Below, piece by piece: positions 29,591 to 40,126 of a stretch of 64,000 nt of DNA. The notes under the pieces are model-generated. The model saw only the letters and a program-made list of their open reading frames with translations. It ran no database searches and was not told where the DNA came from. Within the stretch, counting starts at the first letter, position 1. Each line of letters begins with the position of its first letter. The DNA comes from an uncultured Actinomycetota bacterium (GTDB lineage Bacteria > Actinomycetota > Actinomycetes > Actinomycetales > Cellulomonadaceae): the NCBI GenBank assembly GCA_963769855.1, contig CAVYNN010000007.1, positions 558-64,557 on the forward strand, written 5' to 3'. The translations under genes were made by a program, and so were the position numbers.

Positions 29591-32101
29591 ATGGCCCCGC
29601 GACACGACGACGTCCCGCAGGAAGGCCCCGACGCAGTGGCTCCCGAGCCGGTCACCCCGAGCACCCACGACACCCTCCCCGACACGGTGCTGTCCGTCCT
29701 GACCCGGGACGAGAAGGTCGCCCTGGTGGTCGGGGCGGACATGTGGTCCACCGCCGCGGTGCCGCGGGCCGGGCTGCGTCCGGTCGTCATGTCCGACGGC
29801 CCGGCCGGGGTGCGGGCGCTGGGCGGCGGCTCGTCCGCGTCGTTCCCGGCTCCGTCGGCGCTCGGTGCGACCTGGGACGTCGACCTCGCCGCCAGCGTGG
29901 GCGCGGCGTTCGCCGCCGAGGCCCGCCGGCACGGCGTGGACGTCGTGCTCGCCCCGCAGGTCAACCTCCAGCGCACCCCGGTCGGCGGCCGGCACTTCGA
30001 GTGCTACAGCGAGGACCCGGTGCTGACCGCAGCGCTCGCCGTCGCCCTGGTCACCGCGGCGCAGGACCGGGGCGTCGGGATGTGCGTCAAGCACTACGTC
30101 GCCAACGACTCCGAGACCGACCGCACCCGCTACGTCGCGCGCGTCGACGAGCGGACGCTCCGCGAGGTGTACCAGGCGCCGTTCGAGGCGCTGGTCCAGG
30201 CCGGTGCGTGGGCCGTGATGGGCGCCTACAACGGGGTGGACGACGGCGTGGAGTCGGCGCCCGTGCTCGAGCACCACCACCTGCTGACCGACGTGCTCAA
30301 GGACGAGTGGGGCTTCGACGGCCTCCTGGTCTCGGACTGGGTGGCCACCACGTCGGTGCTCGGGCCGGTGCGGGCCGGGATGGACCTGCAGATGCCCGGC
30401 CCGGACGGGCCCTGGGGCGACGGGCTGGCCGCCGCGGTCTCGGCCGGACAGGTCGACGAGGCCGAGCTGGACGACAAGGTGCTCCGGCTGCTCCGGCTGG
30501 CCCGGCGGGTCGGTGCCCTGGGCGAGCCGGCGGCGCCGGTGAACGGCGTGGACGTCCCGGCCGTGCTGCGTGAGCTGGCCGCCCGGTCGCTCGTCGTGCT
30601 CAAGGACGAGGACGGGCTGCTGCCCCTGCCGCCGGTGCGCCGGATCGCGCTCGTCGGGCCCAACGCCGTGCACCCCTTCCTGGCCGGCGGCGGCTCGTCC
30701 GCGCTGCGCGCCGACCGGCAGGTGCCGCTGCCGGACGCGATCACCCGCGCCCTGCCCGGCGTGACGGTCGACCTGCGGGCCGGTGCGGTGTCCCGGTTCA
30801 CCGCCCCGGCGCTGGACCTGTCCGCCGCGACCACCCCCGACGGCAAGCCCGGCGCACGCGCCCAGCTGTTGGACGCGGCCGGCGGGGTGCTCGCCGAGTG
30901 GGTCGCCACCGAGTGGGACGAGGTCCTGGTCGACCTGCCGGACGAGGCCGTGGCGCTGCGGCTGCGCACCCGCGTGCCGCTGACCACCCCCGGCGTCCAC
31001 GCGGTCGGGGTGGCCACGATCGGCCGGCACCGGGTCCTCGTCGACGGGCTGCAGGTGTCCGCCGCGGACCGGCTGGTCGGCGCGGACGTCATCCTGGACT
31101 CGACGTACAACCACCCGACGGCCGTCATGGTGCCGGTGGTCGGGCTGGAGGACGTCGAGATCGACGCCACGGTCCAGGTGGTGCACCCGGTCGGCTACGA
31201 CCCGTTCCTGCGGCTGCGCCTGCTGCACGACGAGCCCGGGCCGACCGCGGCCGAGCTGCGGACCGAGGCTGTTGCCGCAGCGGCCGGCGCTGACCTGGCG
31301 ATCGTCGTCGTCGGCACCACCGAGGAGGTCGAGTCCGAGGGCTGGGACCGGGTCGACCTGGACCTGCCGGGGGACCAGGACGAGCTGGTCAGGGCCGTGC
31401 TCGCGGTGCAGCCGCGCACCGTCGTGGTGGTCAACGCGGGCGCCCCCGTCCTGCTGCCGTGGCTGGACCAGGCGCGGTGCGTGGTGTGGGGCTGGCTCGG
31501 CGGTCAGGAGTGGGCCGACGCGCTGGCCGACGCCCTGAGCGGCGCGGTCGAGCCGTCCGGCCGGCTGCCCTGGACGCTGCCCGGCCGGCTCGCCGACGTG
31601 CCGGTGCCGCATGCCGTGCCTGTCGACGGCGTCGTCGAGTACACCGAAGGGGTCGACGTCGGCCACCGCTCGTGGGACCGGCTCGGCCGTACCCCGGCCG
31701 CGCCGTTCGGCCACGGCCTGGGCTGGACGACGTGGCAGTACACGTCGGCCGAGGCGGTCGCGGCCGAGGACGGTGTCACGGTCGCCGTCACGCTGACCAA
31801 CACCGGCCCGCGGCCCGGCCGCGAGGTGGTCCAGGTCTACGTCGAGCCGCCCGTCGGCCTCCCGCAGGGGGGGCGACCGGTGCGCCGGCTCGGCGGTTTC
31901 ACCGTCGTGGACGCCGAACCCGGCGCCACCACGACCGCCCAGGTCCGTCTGCATCCGCACGCGCTGCGAACCTGGGACCCCGGTGCCGGCTGGGCGACGC
32001 CTGCCGGCACCTACCCGATCCGCGTCGGCCGATCGTCACGCGACCTACGGCTGACCACCGGGATCACCATCCCGGTAGCGCAGAAGCAGTCCCTGCAGTA
32101 G
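29591..32101 (+). CDS. Glycoside hydrolase family 3 beta-glucosidase
   Basis: 836 aa. MSDGPAGVR, KHYVANDSE, nucleophile block EWGFDGLLVSDWVAT and an Fn3-like C-terminus. Confidence 0.9.
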   Translation: MAPRHDDVPQEGPDAVAPEPVTPSTHDTLPDTVLSVLTRDEKVALVVGADMWSTAAVPRAGLRPVVMSDGPAGVRALGGGSSASFPAPSALGATWDVDLAASVGAAFAAEARRHGVDVVLAPQVNLQRTPVGGRHFECYSEDPVLTAALAVALVTAAQDRGVGMCVKHYVANDSETDRTRYVARVDERTLREVYQAPFEALVQAGAWAVMGAYNGVDDGVESAPVLEHHHLLTDVLKDEWGFDGLLVSDWVATTSVLGPVRAGMDLQMPGPDGPWGDGLAAAVSAGQVDEAELDDKVLRLLRLARRVGALGEPAAPVNGVDVPAVLRELAARSLVVLKDEDGLLPLPPVRRIALVGPNAVHPFLAGGGSSALRADRQVPLPDAITRALPGVTVDLRAGAVSRFTAPALDLSAATTPDGKPGARAQLLDAAGGVLAEWVATEWDEVLVDLPDEAVALRLRTRVPLTTPGVHAVGVATIGRHRVLVDGLQVSAADRLVGADVILDSTYNHPTAVMVPVVGLEDVEIDATVQVVHPVGYDPFLRLRLLHDEPGPTAAELRTEAVAAAAGADLAIVVVGTTEEVESEGWDRVDLDLPGDQDELVRAVLAVQPRTVVVVNAGAPVLLPWLDQARCVVWGWLGGQEWADALADALSGAVEPSGRLPWTLPGRLADVPVPHAVPVDGVVEYTEGVDVGHRSWDRLGRTPAAPFGHGLGWTTWQYTSAEAVAAEDGVTVAVTLTNTGPRPGREVVQVYVEPPVGLPQGGRPVRRLGGFTVVDAEPGATTTAQVRLHPHALRTWDPGAGWATPAGTYPIRVGRSSRDLRLTTGITIPVAQKQSLQ

Positions 32102-32208
32102 TCCGTGCCAACGCGACGGGGACAACCGCCCCGTCGCCGACGAGCTCGCCGTGCGCTGAGCCGGTCCGGAGGCTCGCGCCGCAGGCACGCACGACGCACA
32201 GTGGGGGG

Positions 32209-33207
32209 ATGCGCGCGTGGACCGGTGGCAGTCGCTGGGCGGCCGGCGCTGCCCTCGCGGCGCTCCTGCTGGCCGGATGCAGCGCGCCGCCGACATCGCC
32301 GTCGCCGTCGGCGACCGGCCCCGGCACAGCCACCGGCACCGTCGTCCCGTCCACTCCCGCTCCGACGGCCTCCCCGACGGCCGGCGTCGCCACCACGTCG
32401 GCGACCGCAGCCCGGCCGTGCGTCGGCGCACCCGCGCCCACCACGTGGCGGCACGTCATCTGGATCTGGTTCGAGAACAAGCCGGCGTCCGGCGTGCTCG
32501 GCTCGCCGCAGGCGCCGTACCTGGACGGCCTCGCGACGGGGTGCGCCTCGGCGTCCGACTACCACGGCGTCACCCACCCGTCGCTGCCGAACTACCTGGC
32601 CGCCACGTCCGGCTCGACCCACGGCGTGGCCGACGACGGCCCGCCGTCGGCCCATCCGCTCGCCGGCCCGTCGCTGTTCTCGCAGGTCGCCGACTCGGGC
32701 CGGCAGTGGCGCTCCTACGAGGAGGCGATGCCGTCGCCGTGCGCGCTGGCGTCCGCCGGCCAGTACGCCGTCAAGCACAACCCCGCGGCCTATTTCACCG
32801 CGATCCGTCCGGACTGTGCCCGCTGGGACGTCGGTCTCGACCGGCTGAGCACCGACCTGGCGGCGCACCAGCTGCCCGCGTTCGCCCTGATCACCCCGGA
32901 CCTGTGCCACGACATGCACAACTGCTCGGTGGCCACCGGCGACGCGTGGCTGCGCGCCACGCTCCCGGCGCTGCTGGCCAGCCCGGAGTACGCCGACGGC
33001 AGCACCGCGGTGCTCATCACCTGGGACGAGGACGACGGCGGCCACGGCAACCAGGTGCCGCTGCTCGTCGTCGCTCCCTCGATCATGCCCGGGACGACGA
33101 TCGCCGGTCGGCTCGACCACTACGGCTTGCTGCACACCACCGAGCAGATGCTCGGTCTGCCGCCGCTCGGCGCCGCCGCGGGTGCCCCGACCATCCCCGG
33201 GCTGTGA
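32209..33207 (+). CDS. Secreted lipoprotein, phosphoesterase (PlcC/AcpA-like) family
   Basis: Lipobox LLLAGCS. HVIWIWFENK, HPSLPNYLA, KHNPAAYF and ITPDLCHDMHN resemble the phosphoesterase family from memory. Confidence 0.55.
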   Translation: MRAWTGGSRWAAGAALAALLLAGCSAPPTSPSPSATGPGTATGTVVPSTPAPTASPTAGVATTSATAARPCVGAPAPTTWRHVIWIWFENKPASGVLGSPQAPYLDGLATGCASASDYHGVTHPSLPNYLAATSGSTHGVADDGPPSAHPLAGPSLFSQVADSGRQWRSYEEAMPSPCALASAGQYAVKHNPAAYFTAIRPDCARWDVGLDRLSTDLAAHQLPAFALITPDLCHDMHNCSVATGDAWLRATLPALLASPEYADGSTAVLITWDEDDGGHGNQVPLLVVAPSIMPGTTIAGRLDHYGLLHTTEQMLGLPPLGAAAGAPTIPGL

Positions 33208-33316
33208 CCGTTCGTCCGACGGGCATCGGGCTCTCAGGCGAACCGGTGGCGATGCTCAGCATGGTCCCAGGAGCGGGCGATGGGGTGGGCAGTGCCCGAC
33301 GACGAGGGAGCCCCCG

Positions 33317-33631
33317 ATGGCACCGACCGACCCCACCTGGATCACTGCCGAGGTACGGCCGGCCGGCTCGTTCGGCCGACGGGAGGCCGACCGGCTGAGC
33401 ACCCTGCTCGGGGCGTTGTCGGCCTGCGCGTCGCTCGTCGTGCTCGACCTGTCCGCGGCGCGGCTGCGCTCGCCGCACGCGGCCGAGGCGATCGACGCGG
33501 CCGCGGCCACCCTGGAGGGGCACGGCGGCGTGCTGCTCTGCGTGCACGCCGACCCCGAGTCCCGGGCATGCCTCGGCACCTGCACGCATGCCGTCGTCGT
33601 GGCCGCCGAGGAGCCTGTGCCGATCAGCTGA
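33317..33631 (+). CDS. Small STAS-like (anti-sigma-antagonist-like) protein
   Basis: 104 aa, with GAGGGAG upstream of the ATG. The pattern VVLDLSAARLRSPHAAEAIDAA...GGVLLCV is only weakly STAS-like. Confidence 0.35.
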   Translation: MAPTDPTWITAEVRPAGSFGRREADRLSTLLGALSACASLVVLDLSAARLRSPHAAEAIDAAAATLEGHGGVLLCVHADPESRACLGTCTHAVVVAAEEPVPIS

Positions 33632-33729
33632 TCGGGCACCGCCGACGGTCCCGCATGACGTGCGGCGGGACGACTCGTCGTAGAGTCCCCCGGGGAATCG
33701 GACCGTTGGTCGGCGGAAGGCCGCAGAGC

Positions 33730-36429
33730 ATGGCACGCAAGCTCGTCATCGTGGAGTCGCCCGCCAAGGCGCGCACCATCGCCGGTTACCTCGGCGCGGA
33801 CTACGACGTCGAGGCGTCCGTGGGACACATCCGTGACCTCCCCCAGCCGTCCGAGCTGCCGGCCGACATGAAGAAGGGCCCGTTCGGCAAGTTCGCGGTG
33901 AACGTCGACGACGGCTTCGCGCCGTACTACGTCGTCGACGCGGACAAGAAGAAGAAGGTCGCCGAGCTCAAGAAGCTGCTCAAGGGGTCCGACGAGCTCT
34001 TCCTCGCGACCGACGAGGACCGCGAGGGCGAGGCGATCGCCTGGCACCTGCTCGCCGAGCTCAAGCCCCAGGTCCCGGTCAAGCGGATGGTGTTCCACGA
34101 GATCACCCGCGAGGCGATCGAGCGGGCGCTGACCAGCACCCGGGAGCTCGACGACCGCCTGGTCGACGCCCAGGAGACCCGGCGCATCCTCGACCGGCTG
34201 TACGGCTACGAGGTCTCGCCGGTGCTCTGGCGCAAGGTCCGCCCGGGCCTGTCCGCGGGCCGGGTGCAGTCGGTGGCGACCCGGCTCGTCGTCGAGCGCG
34301 AGCGCGAGCGGATGGCGTTCCGCGCGGCGGACTACTGGGACGTCACCGGCACGTTCCGGGTCGCCGACGCGGCCGAGCCGGCGTTCTCGGCGCGGCTGAC
34401 CGGGCTGGACGGGCACCGGGTGGCGACCGGCCGGGACTTCGACGACCGTGGCGCGCTGCGCGGCACGGACCTGGTCCACCTCGACGGCCAGACCGCCGGC
34501 GCGCTGGCGGCCGCGCTGACCGGCGCGGACTTCGTCGTGCAGAGCCTGGAGACCAAGCCGTACACCCGCCGGCCTGCCGCGCCGTTCACCACCTCGACGC
34601 TGCAGCAGGAGGCCGGCCGCAAGCTGCGGATGAGCGCGCGCGCGACGATGCGTACCGCCCAGTCGCTGTACGAGAACGGCTACATCACCTACATGCGGAC
34701 CGACTCCCCGGCCCTGTCGACACAGGCGGTCGACGCCGCGCGGCGCCAGGCGGCCGAGCTGTACGGGCCCGCGTACGTGCCGGAGCAGGTCCGGGTCTAC
34801 ACCGCGCGGGCCAAGGGCGCGCAGGAGGCGCACGAGGCGATCCGTCCGGCCGGCGACCACTTCCGCACCCCGGCCCAGGTGGCGGGCGAGCTGTCCGGCG
34901 AGCAGTTCCGGCTGTACGAGCTGATCTGGAAGCGCACGGTCGCCTCGCAGATGGCCGACGCGTCCGGGCAGACCGCCTCGGTCCGGCTCGCGGCAGCGGC
35001 CGAGCTGGCCACCGGCCGCCGGGACGCGGTGTTCTCCGCCTCCGGCACGGTGATCACGTTCCGCGGGTTCCTCGCCGCCTACGAGGAGGGCCAGGACAGC
35101 ACCCGGTACGACGAGGAGGGCGGTTCGTCCTCGTCGGACGAGCGACGGCTGCCGGTGATGGCCCAGGGCGACCCGCTGACCGCGAGCGAGCTGGGCGCGG
35201 ACGGCCACTCCACGACCCCCCCGCCGCGGTACACCGAGGCGGCGCTGGTCAAGGCGCTCGAGGAGCGCGGCATCGGCCGTCCGTCCACCTACGCGGCGAC
35301 GATCTCGACGATCCAGGACCGCGGCTACGTGACGAACCGTGGCCAGGCGCTGGTGCCGACCTGGCTGGCGTTCGCCGTCACCCGGCTGCTCGAGGAGAAC
35401 TTCGACCGGCTGGTGGACTACTCGTTCACCGCCGCGATGGAGGAGGACCTCGACGACATCGCAGAGGGCCGGCGCGACCGGGTCGACTGGCTCACCCAGT
35501 TCTACTTCGGTGACCGGTCCGACTCGCGGGTCACCGGGGGCCTGCGCGGCCTGGTGGACAACCTGGGCGACATCGACGCGCGGGACGTCAACTCGATCGA
35601 GATCGGTGACGGCATCACCCTGCGGGTGGGCCGGTACGGGCCGTACCTCGAGGGCCCGGAGGGCGCCCGCGCCTCGGTGCCGGAGGACCTGGCGCCCGAC
35701 GAGCTCACCGAGGAGCACGCGCGTGAGCTGCTCGCCGCCGAGCCCGAGGGCGACCGGGAGCTCGGCGTGGACCCGGGGACCGGCACGACGATCGTCGTGA
35801 AGAACGGCCGGTACGGCCCGTACGTCACCGAGCTGCTGCCGGAGCCGGAGCTGGACCCCGGCCTGTCCGCGGCCGCCCGCAAGCGGGCCCTGGCCGCCGC
35901 GCCCAAGCCCCGCACGGCCTCGCTGTTCACGTCGATGACCGTCGACGGCGTCACGCTCGAGGACGCGCTGCGGCTGTTCTCCCTGCCCCGGGTGGTCGGC
36001 ACCGACCCGGCGACCGGCGAGGAGATCACCGCGCAGAACGGCCGGTACGGGCCGTACCTGAAGAAGGGCACCGACTCGCGGACCCTGCCCTCCCAGGAGG
36101 CGCTGTTCGAGATCAACCTCGACCAGGCGCTCGAGATCTACGCGCAGCCCAAGTACGGGCGCGGCTCGGCGGCTGCCACGGCGCCCTTGCGCGAGCTGGG
36201 CGACGACCCCGACACGGGCCGGCCGATCCACGTCAAGGACGGCCGGTTCGGCCTGTACGTCACCGACGGGATCACCAACCGCACGCTGCCGAAGGACGTC
36301 ACCGCGGAGTCGGTGACCCGGGAGCAGGCGGTCGAGCTGCTCGCGATCAAGCGCGCCGCCGGCCCGGCGCCGAAGCGCGGTGGCCGCCCGTCGGGCGCCC
36401 GCACGACGAAGGCCCGCGCCAAGGCGTAG
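33730..36429 (+). CDS. topA: DNA topoisomerase I
   Basis: MARKLVIVESPAKARTI (Toprim), the active-site Tyr block GIGRPSTYA, and repeated GRYGPY C-terminal modules typical of actinobacterial TopA. Confidence 0.95.
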   Translation: MARKLVIVESPAKARTIAGYLGADYDVEASVGHIRDLPQPSELPADMKKGPFGKFAVNVDDGFAPYYVVDADKKKKVAELKKLLKGSDELFLATDEDREGEAIAWHLLAELKPQVPVKRMVFHEITREAIERALTSTRELDDRLVDAQETRRILDRLYGYEVSPVLWRKVRPGLSAGRVQSVATRLVVERERERMAFRAADYWDVTGTFRVADAAEPAFSARLTGLDGHRVATGRDFDDRGALRGTDLVHLDGQTAGALAAALTGADFVVQSLETKPYTRRPAAPFTTSTLQQEAGRKLRMSARATMRTAQSLYENGYITYMRTDSPALSTQAVDAARRQAAELYGPAYVPEQVRVYTARAKGAQEAHEAIRPAGDHFRTPAQVAGELSGEQFRLYELIWKRTVASQMADASGQTASVRLAAAAELATGRRDAVFSASGTVITFRGFLAAYEEGQDSTRYDEEGGSSSSDERRLPVMAQGDPLTASELGADGHSTTPPPRYTEAALVKALEERGIGRPSTYAATISTIQDRGYVTNRGQALVPTWLAFAVTRLLEENFDRLVDYSFTAAMEEDLDDIAEGRRDRVDWLTQFYFGDRSDSRVTGGLRGLVDNLGDIDARDVNSIEIGDGITLRVGRYGPYLEGPEGARASVPEDLAPDELTEEHARELLAAEPEGDRELGVDPGTGTTIVVKNGRYGPYVTELLPEPELDPGLSAAARKRALAAAPKPRTASLFTSMTVDGVTLEDALRLFSLPRVVGTDPATGEEITAQNGRYGPYLKKGTDSRTLPSQEALFEINLDQALEIYAQPKYGRGSAAATAPLRELGDDPDTGRPIHVKDGRFGLYVTDGITNRTLPKDVTAESVTREQAVELLAIKRAAGPAPKRGGRPSGARTTKARAKA

Positions 36430-36439
36430 CGGCTCGGCG

Positions 36440-36460
36440 GCCGGGGCCTGGCGCCCCGGC
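36440..36460 (+). terminator. Hairpin after topA
   Basis: GCCGGGGC-CTGGC-GCCCCGGC, an 8-bp stem 11 nt after the topA stop. It is followed by TAGGTT, a possible -10 for a leaderless next gene. Confidence 0.4.
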
Positions 36461-36472
36461 TAGGTTGGTGCC

Positions 36473-37480
36473 ATGGCTCGCACCGAGGACCCGCGCACCG
36501 CTCCGTCGATCCGCTGGGGGATCCTCGGCGCCGGGGGCATCGCCGCGCACTTCGCCCAGACCGTCTCCGCCGGGACCCGGGCGCAGGTCGTCGCCGTCGG
36601 CTCGCGCAACCGGGACCGGGCCGAGCGGTTCGCCACGGCGCACGGCATCCCGACGACGCACGTCGGCTACCGCGACCTGGTCGAGGACCCGCAGGTCGAC
36701 GCGATCTACGTCGCGACGCCGCACTCCGAGCACGCCGAGAACGCCCTGCTGGCGATCGGCGCAGGCAAGCACGTGCTGGTCGAGAAGCCGTTCACCCGCA
36801 ACGCCGCCGAAGCCCAGACCGTCCTCGCGGCGGCGAAGTCAGCCGGGGTGTTCGTCATGGAGGCGATGTGGACCCGCTTCCTGCCGCACGTCGCGGCGCT
36901 GCACGAGGTGATCGACGCCGGTGAGATCGGCGAGATCGTCTCGCTGCGCGCCGACCACGGGCAGTGGTTCCCGTTCGACCCGAAGAGCCGGCTGTTCGCC
37001 CCGGGCCTGGCCGGCGGGGCGCTGCTCGACCTCGGCGTGTACCCGGTCGCCTGGGCGCTGGACTTCCTCGGCGTGCCGGACGAGGTCAAGGCGATCGGCC
37101 AGCTGACCGAGACCGGCGTCGACGGGCAGACCTCGATGCTGCTGTCGTACGGCGAGCGCGCCCAGGCGGACCTCACCACGACGCTGTGGGCCAAGACGCC
37201 TACCACGTCGGAGATCTCGGGCAGCGAGGGCTTCATCCGGGTGGACGGCGACTTCTACGAGCCGACGAGCTTCACGGTGTGCCGTCGCGACGGACGGACC
37301 TGGCGGTTCGAGCAGCCGATGGCCCGCACGTTCGCGCACGAGGCGGCCGAGGTCGCCCGGCGGGTGGCGGAGGGGGCGACCGAGAGCCCGCTGATGACCT
37401 GGGAGGGCACGCTCGCCGTGCAGCGCGTGCTGGACGAGGTGCGCCGGCAGATCGGGGTCGTCTACCCGGGCGAGGCGTGA
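36473..37480 (+). CDS. Gfo/Idh/MocA-family oxidoreductase
   Basis: IRWGILGAGGIAAHFA Rossmann motif and EKPF motif (VLVEKPFTRN). The ATG lies 6 nt after a TAnnnT hexamer. Confidence 0.85.
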   Translation: MARTEDPRTAPSIRWGILGAGGIAAHFAQTVSAGTRAQVVAVGSRNRDRAERFATAHGIPTTHVGYRDLVEDPQVDAIYVATPHSEHAENALLAIGAGKHVLVEKPFTRNAAEAQTVLAAAKSAGVFVMEAMWTRFLPHVAALHEVIDAGEIGEIVSLRADHGQWFPFDPKSRLFAPGLAGGALLDLGVYPVAWALDFLGVPDEVKAIGQLTETGVDGQTSMLLSYGERAQADLTTTLWAKTPTTSEISGSEGFIRVDGDFYEPTSFTVCRRDGRTWRFEQPMARTFAHEAAEVARRVAEGATESPLMTWEGTLAVQRVLDEVRRQIGVVYPGEA

Positions 37481-37509
37481 GCGTCGGTGGGCACGGCTAC
37501 CCTGACGCC

Positions 37510-38127
37510 GTGACCGGGCTGTTCGTCTCCTTCGAGGGTGGTGACGGCTCCGGCAAGTCGACGCAGATCCGGCTCCTCGCCGACTGGCTGGAGGCGGATG
37601 GGCACCGGGTGGTGCTGACCCGTGAGCCCGGCGGTACCCCGCTCGGCATCGTGCTGCGCGACGCGGTGCTGCACGGCACCCACGTCGATGCCCGTGCCGA
37701 GGCGCTCATCTACGCGGCGGACCGGGCGCACCACGTCGCCACGGTGGTCCGCCCCGCGCTGGCCCGCGGCGACGTGGTGCTCACCGACCGCTACCTGGAC
37801 TCGTCGGTCGCCTACCAGGGGGTGGGCCGTGACCTGGGCGGGGACGACGTGGAGCGGCTGTCGCTGTGGGCGACCCGTGACCTGCTGCCCGACCTGACGG
37901 TGCTGCTGGACATCGACCCGGTGGTCGGGCTGGCCCGGATGACCGGGGCGCCGGACCGGCTGGAGCGAGCCGGCGACGACTTCCACCGGCGCACCCGCCA
38001 GGCCTTCCTCGACCGCGCCGCCGCGGCGCCCGGGCGCTGGCTGGTCCTGGATGCCACCGCGCCGGCCGACGAGCTCGCGGCAGCGATCCGGTCCCGTGTG
38101 GCGGGGCTCCTCGGCGGGCCTCGATGA
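37510..38127 (+). CDS. tmk: dTMP (thymidylate) kinase
   Basis: GTG start in frame. P-loop FVSFEGGDGSGKSTQ, TREPGGT, DRYLDSSVAYQG. Confidence 0.9.
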   Translation: MTGLFVSFEGGDGSGKSTQIRLLADWLEADGHRVVLTREPGGTPLGIVLRDAVLHGTHVDARAEALIYAADRAHHVATVVRPALARGDVVLTDRYLDSSVAYQGVGRDLGGDDVERLSLWATRDLLPDLTVLLDIDPVVGLARMTGAPDRLERAGDDFHRRTRQAFLDRAAAAPGRWLVLDATAPADELAAAIRSRVAGLLGGPR

Positions 38128-39260
38128 GCGTCTGGGACGAGGTCGTCGGGCAGGAGCCCGCGGTGGCCGTGCTGTCCCACGCGGCCACGCACCCCGAGGC
38201 GATGACGCACGCCTGGCTGCTCACCGGGCCACCCGGCTCCGGCCGGTCGATCGCCGCCCGCGCCTTCGCCGCCGCGCTGCAGTGCTCTGACGGCGGGTGC
38301 GGCCACTGCCACCAGTGCACGACGACGCTGGGCGGCAGCCACCCCGACGTCACCGTCGTGGCGACCGAAGGGGTGTTCATCCGGGTCGAGGCCGCCCGCT
38401 CGTTGGTCGGGCTGGCCGCGCGGACGCCGTCCCAGGGCCGCTGGCGGGTCATCCTCGTCGAGGACGCCGACCGGTTCACCGACGAGGCGGCCGACGCGCT
38501 GCTCAAGGCGATCGAGGAGCCGGCCAGCCGGACCGTCTGGGTGCTCTGCGCGCCCGGCGCGGCCGACGTCATCGTCACCATCCGGTCGCGCTGCCGCTCG
38601 GTGGCGCTGCGGGTGCCCCCGGTGGAAGCGGTCGCGGACCTGTTGGTCCGCCGCGACGGGGTCGACCCGCCCCTCGCCCTGGTCTCGGCCCGGGCGGCGA
38701 GCAGCCACGTCGGCGTCGCGCGCCGGCTCGCCCGGGACCCGGAGGCGCGGGCGCGCCGGGCCGATGTGCTGGCGATCGCCGGCCGGGTGCGAGGTGTCGG
38801 CGACGCCGTGCTCGCCGCGGGCGAGCTGGTCGAGACCGCGCAGGCCGACGCGAAGGCCGCGACCGCCGAGCGGGATGCCGCCGAGCGCGCGACGCTGCTC
38901 CGGTCGCTGGGGGCCGAGGGGTCGGCCACCGTGCCGCCGGCCGTGCGCTCGCAGGTCAAGCAGCTCGAGGACGACCAGAAGCGCCGGGCCACCCGCGCCC
39001 AGCGCGACGTGCTCGACCGGGCGATGCTCGACCTGCTGTCGCTCTACCGCGACGTGCTCGTCGTGCAGCTCGGCGCGGGCGTGGACCTGGTCAACGCCGA
39101 GCAGGAGGCGATGGTCCGCGAGCTGGCCGCAGGTTCGACGCCCGAGCAGACGCTGCGCCGGATGGATGCCGTCGGGCTGGCCCGGACCCGGTTGGCGGGC
39201 AACGTCGCGCCGCTGCTCGCGGTCGAGGCGATGGCGGTCGCCCTGCGGCCCCAGGCCTAG
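38124..39260 (+). CDS. holB: DNA polymerase III delta' subunit
   Basis: ATGA overlap with tmk. GPPGSGRS, zinc module CSDGGCGHCHQC, and IRSRC (sensor-1 region). Confidence 0.9.
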   Translation: MSVWDEVVGQEPAVAVLSHAATHPEAMTHAWLLTGPPGSGRSIAARAFAAALQCSDGGCGHCHQCTTTLGGSHPDVTVVATEGVFIRVEAARSLVGLAARTPSQGRWRVILVEDADRFTDEAADALLKAIEEPASRTVWVLCAPGAADVIVTIRSRCRSVALRVPPVEAVADLLVRRDGVDPPLALVSARAASSHVGVARRLARDPEARARRADVLAIAGRVRGVGDAVLAAGELVETAQADAKAATAERDAAERATLLRSLGAEGSATVPPAVRSQVKQLEDDQKRRATRAQRDVLDRAMLDLLSLYRDVLVVQLGAGVDLVNAEQEAMVRELAAGSTPEQTLRRMDAVGLARTRLAGNVAPLLAVEAMAVALRPQA

Positions 39261-39311
39261 GGCAACGCCACCCCTTGCGCCCCGCAGTCCATCGGCGTCT
39301 ACTTATCATTC

Positions 39312-39620
39312 GTGACGACGAATACAGGTGGTGCCTGGACGGCGCTCGGTGACCCGAGCCGCCGGCAGATCGTCGAACGCCTCGCGGAGCACCCGCGGAC
39401 GGTCGCCGAGCTGACCCGGGACCTGCCGATCAGCCAGCCCGCGATCTCCCAGCACCTGCGGGTGCTGCGCGAGGCGGACCTGGTCACCTACACCGTCGAC
39501 GGCACCCGGCACGTCTACCAGGTGCGACCGGACGGCCTTGCGGCGCTGCGTGCTGACCTCGACCGGTTCTGGCGCACCGCCCTGCTGAACTTCCAGCACA
39601 TCGCCGAGGAGGAGACATGA
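39312..39620 (+). CDS. ArsR/SmtB-family HTH regulator
   Basis: ALGDPSRRQIVERLAEHPRTVAELTRDLPISQPAISQHLRVLREADLV. Confidence 0.85.
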   Translation: MTTNTGGAWTALGDPSRRQIVERLAEHPRTVAELTRDLPISQPAISQHLRVLREADLVTYTVDGTRHVYQVRPDGLAALRADLDRFWRTALLNFQHIAEEET

Positions 39621-40096
39621 CCGAGACGACGGCCGCGACCGCGGTCCACCAGGAGATCACCGTCGGCGTGGCCCAGGACCGGGCCTTCGCCGTGTTCACC
39701 GAGCGGTTCGACGAGGTCAAGCCACGCGAGCACACGCTGCTCACCGTGCCGATCGCCCGGAGCGTGCTCGAGCCGTTCGTCGGTGGCCTGCTATACGACC
39801 TGGCCGAGGACGGCTCGACGCTGGTCTGGGGCGAGGTCCTGGTCTTCGAGCCACCGGCGCGGCTGGTCCTGGGCTGGCACCTCGACCCGCAGTTCGAGGT
39901 GGAGGCCGACCCGGCCCGGTGGAGCGAGGTCGAGGTGCGGTTCGTCCCCGAGGCGCCGGACCGCACCCGTGTGGTGCTGGACCACCGGCACCTCGACCGG
40001 CACGGCGCCGGCTGGGAGTCGGAGCGCGACGGGGTCGCCGGGCAGAACGGCTGGCCGCTGTACCTGGCGAGGTTCGCGGCGGCGGCCGGGCGCTGA
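39617..40096 (+). CDS. SRPBCC / AHSA1-like protein
   Basis: 159 aa, with a 4-nt overlap with the ArsR gene. This is the usual ArsR-SRPBCC pair, called on arrangement and size. Confidence 0.6.
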   Translation: MTETTAATAVHQEITVGVAQDRAFAVFTERFDEVKPREHTLLTVPIARSVLEPFVGGLLYDLAEDGSTLVWGEVLVFEPPARLVLGWHLDPQFEVEADPARWSEVEVRFVPEAPDRTRVVLDHRHLDRHGAGWESERDGVAGQNGWPLYLARFAAAAGR

Positions 40097-40126
40097 GGGC
40101 CGCAGTCTGGTCGATAGCATCGCCGC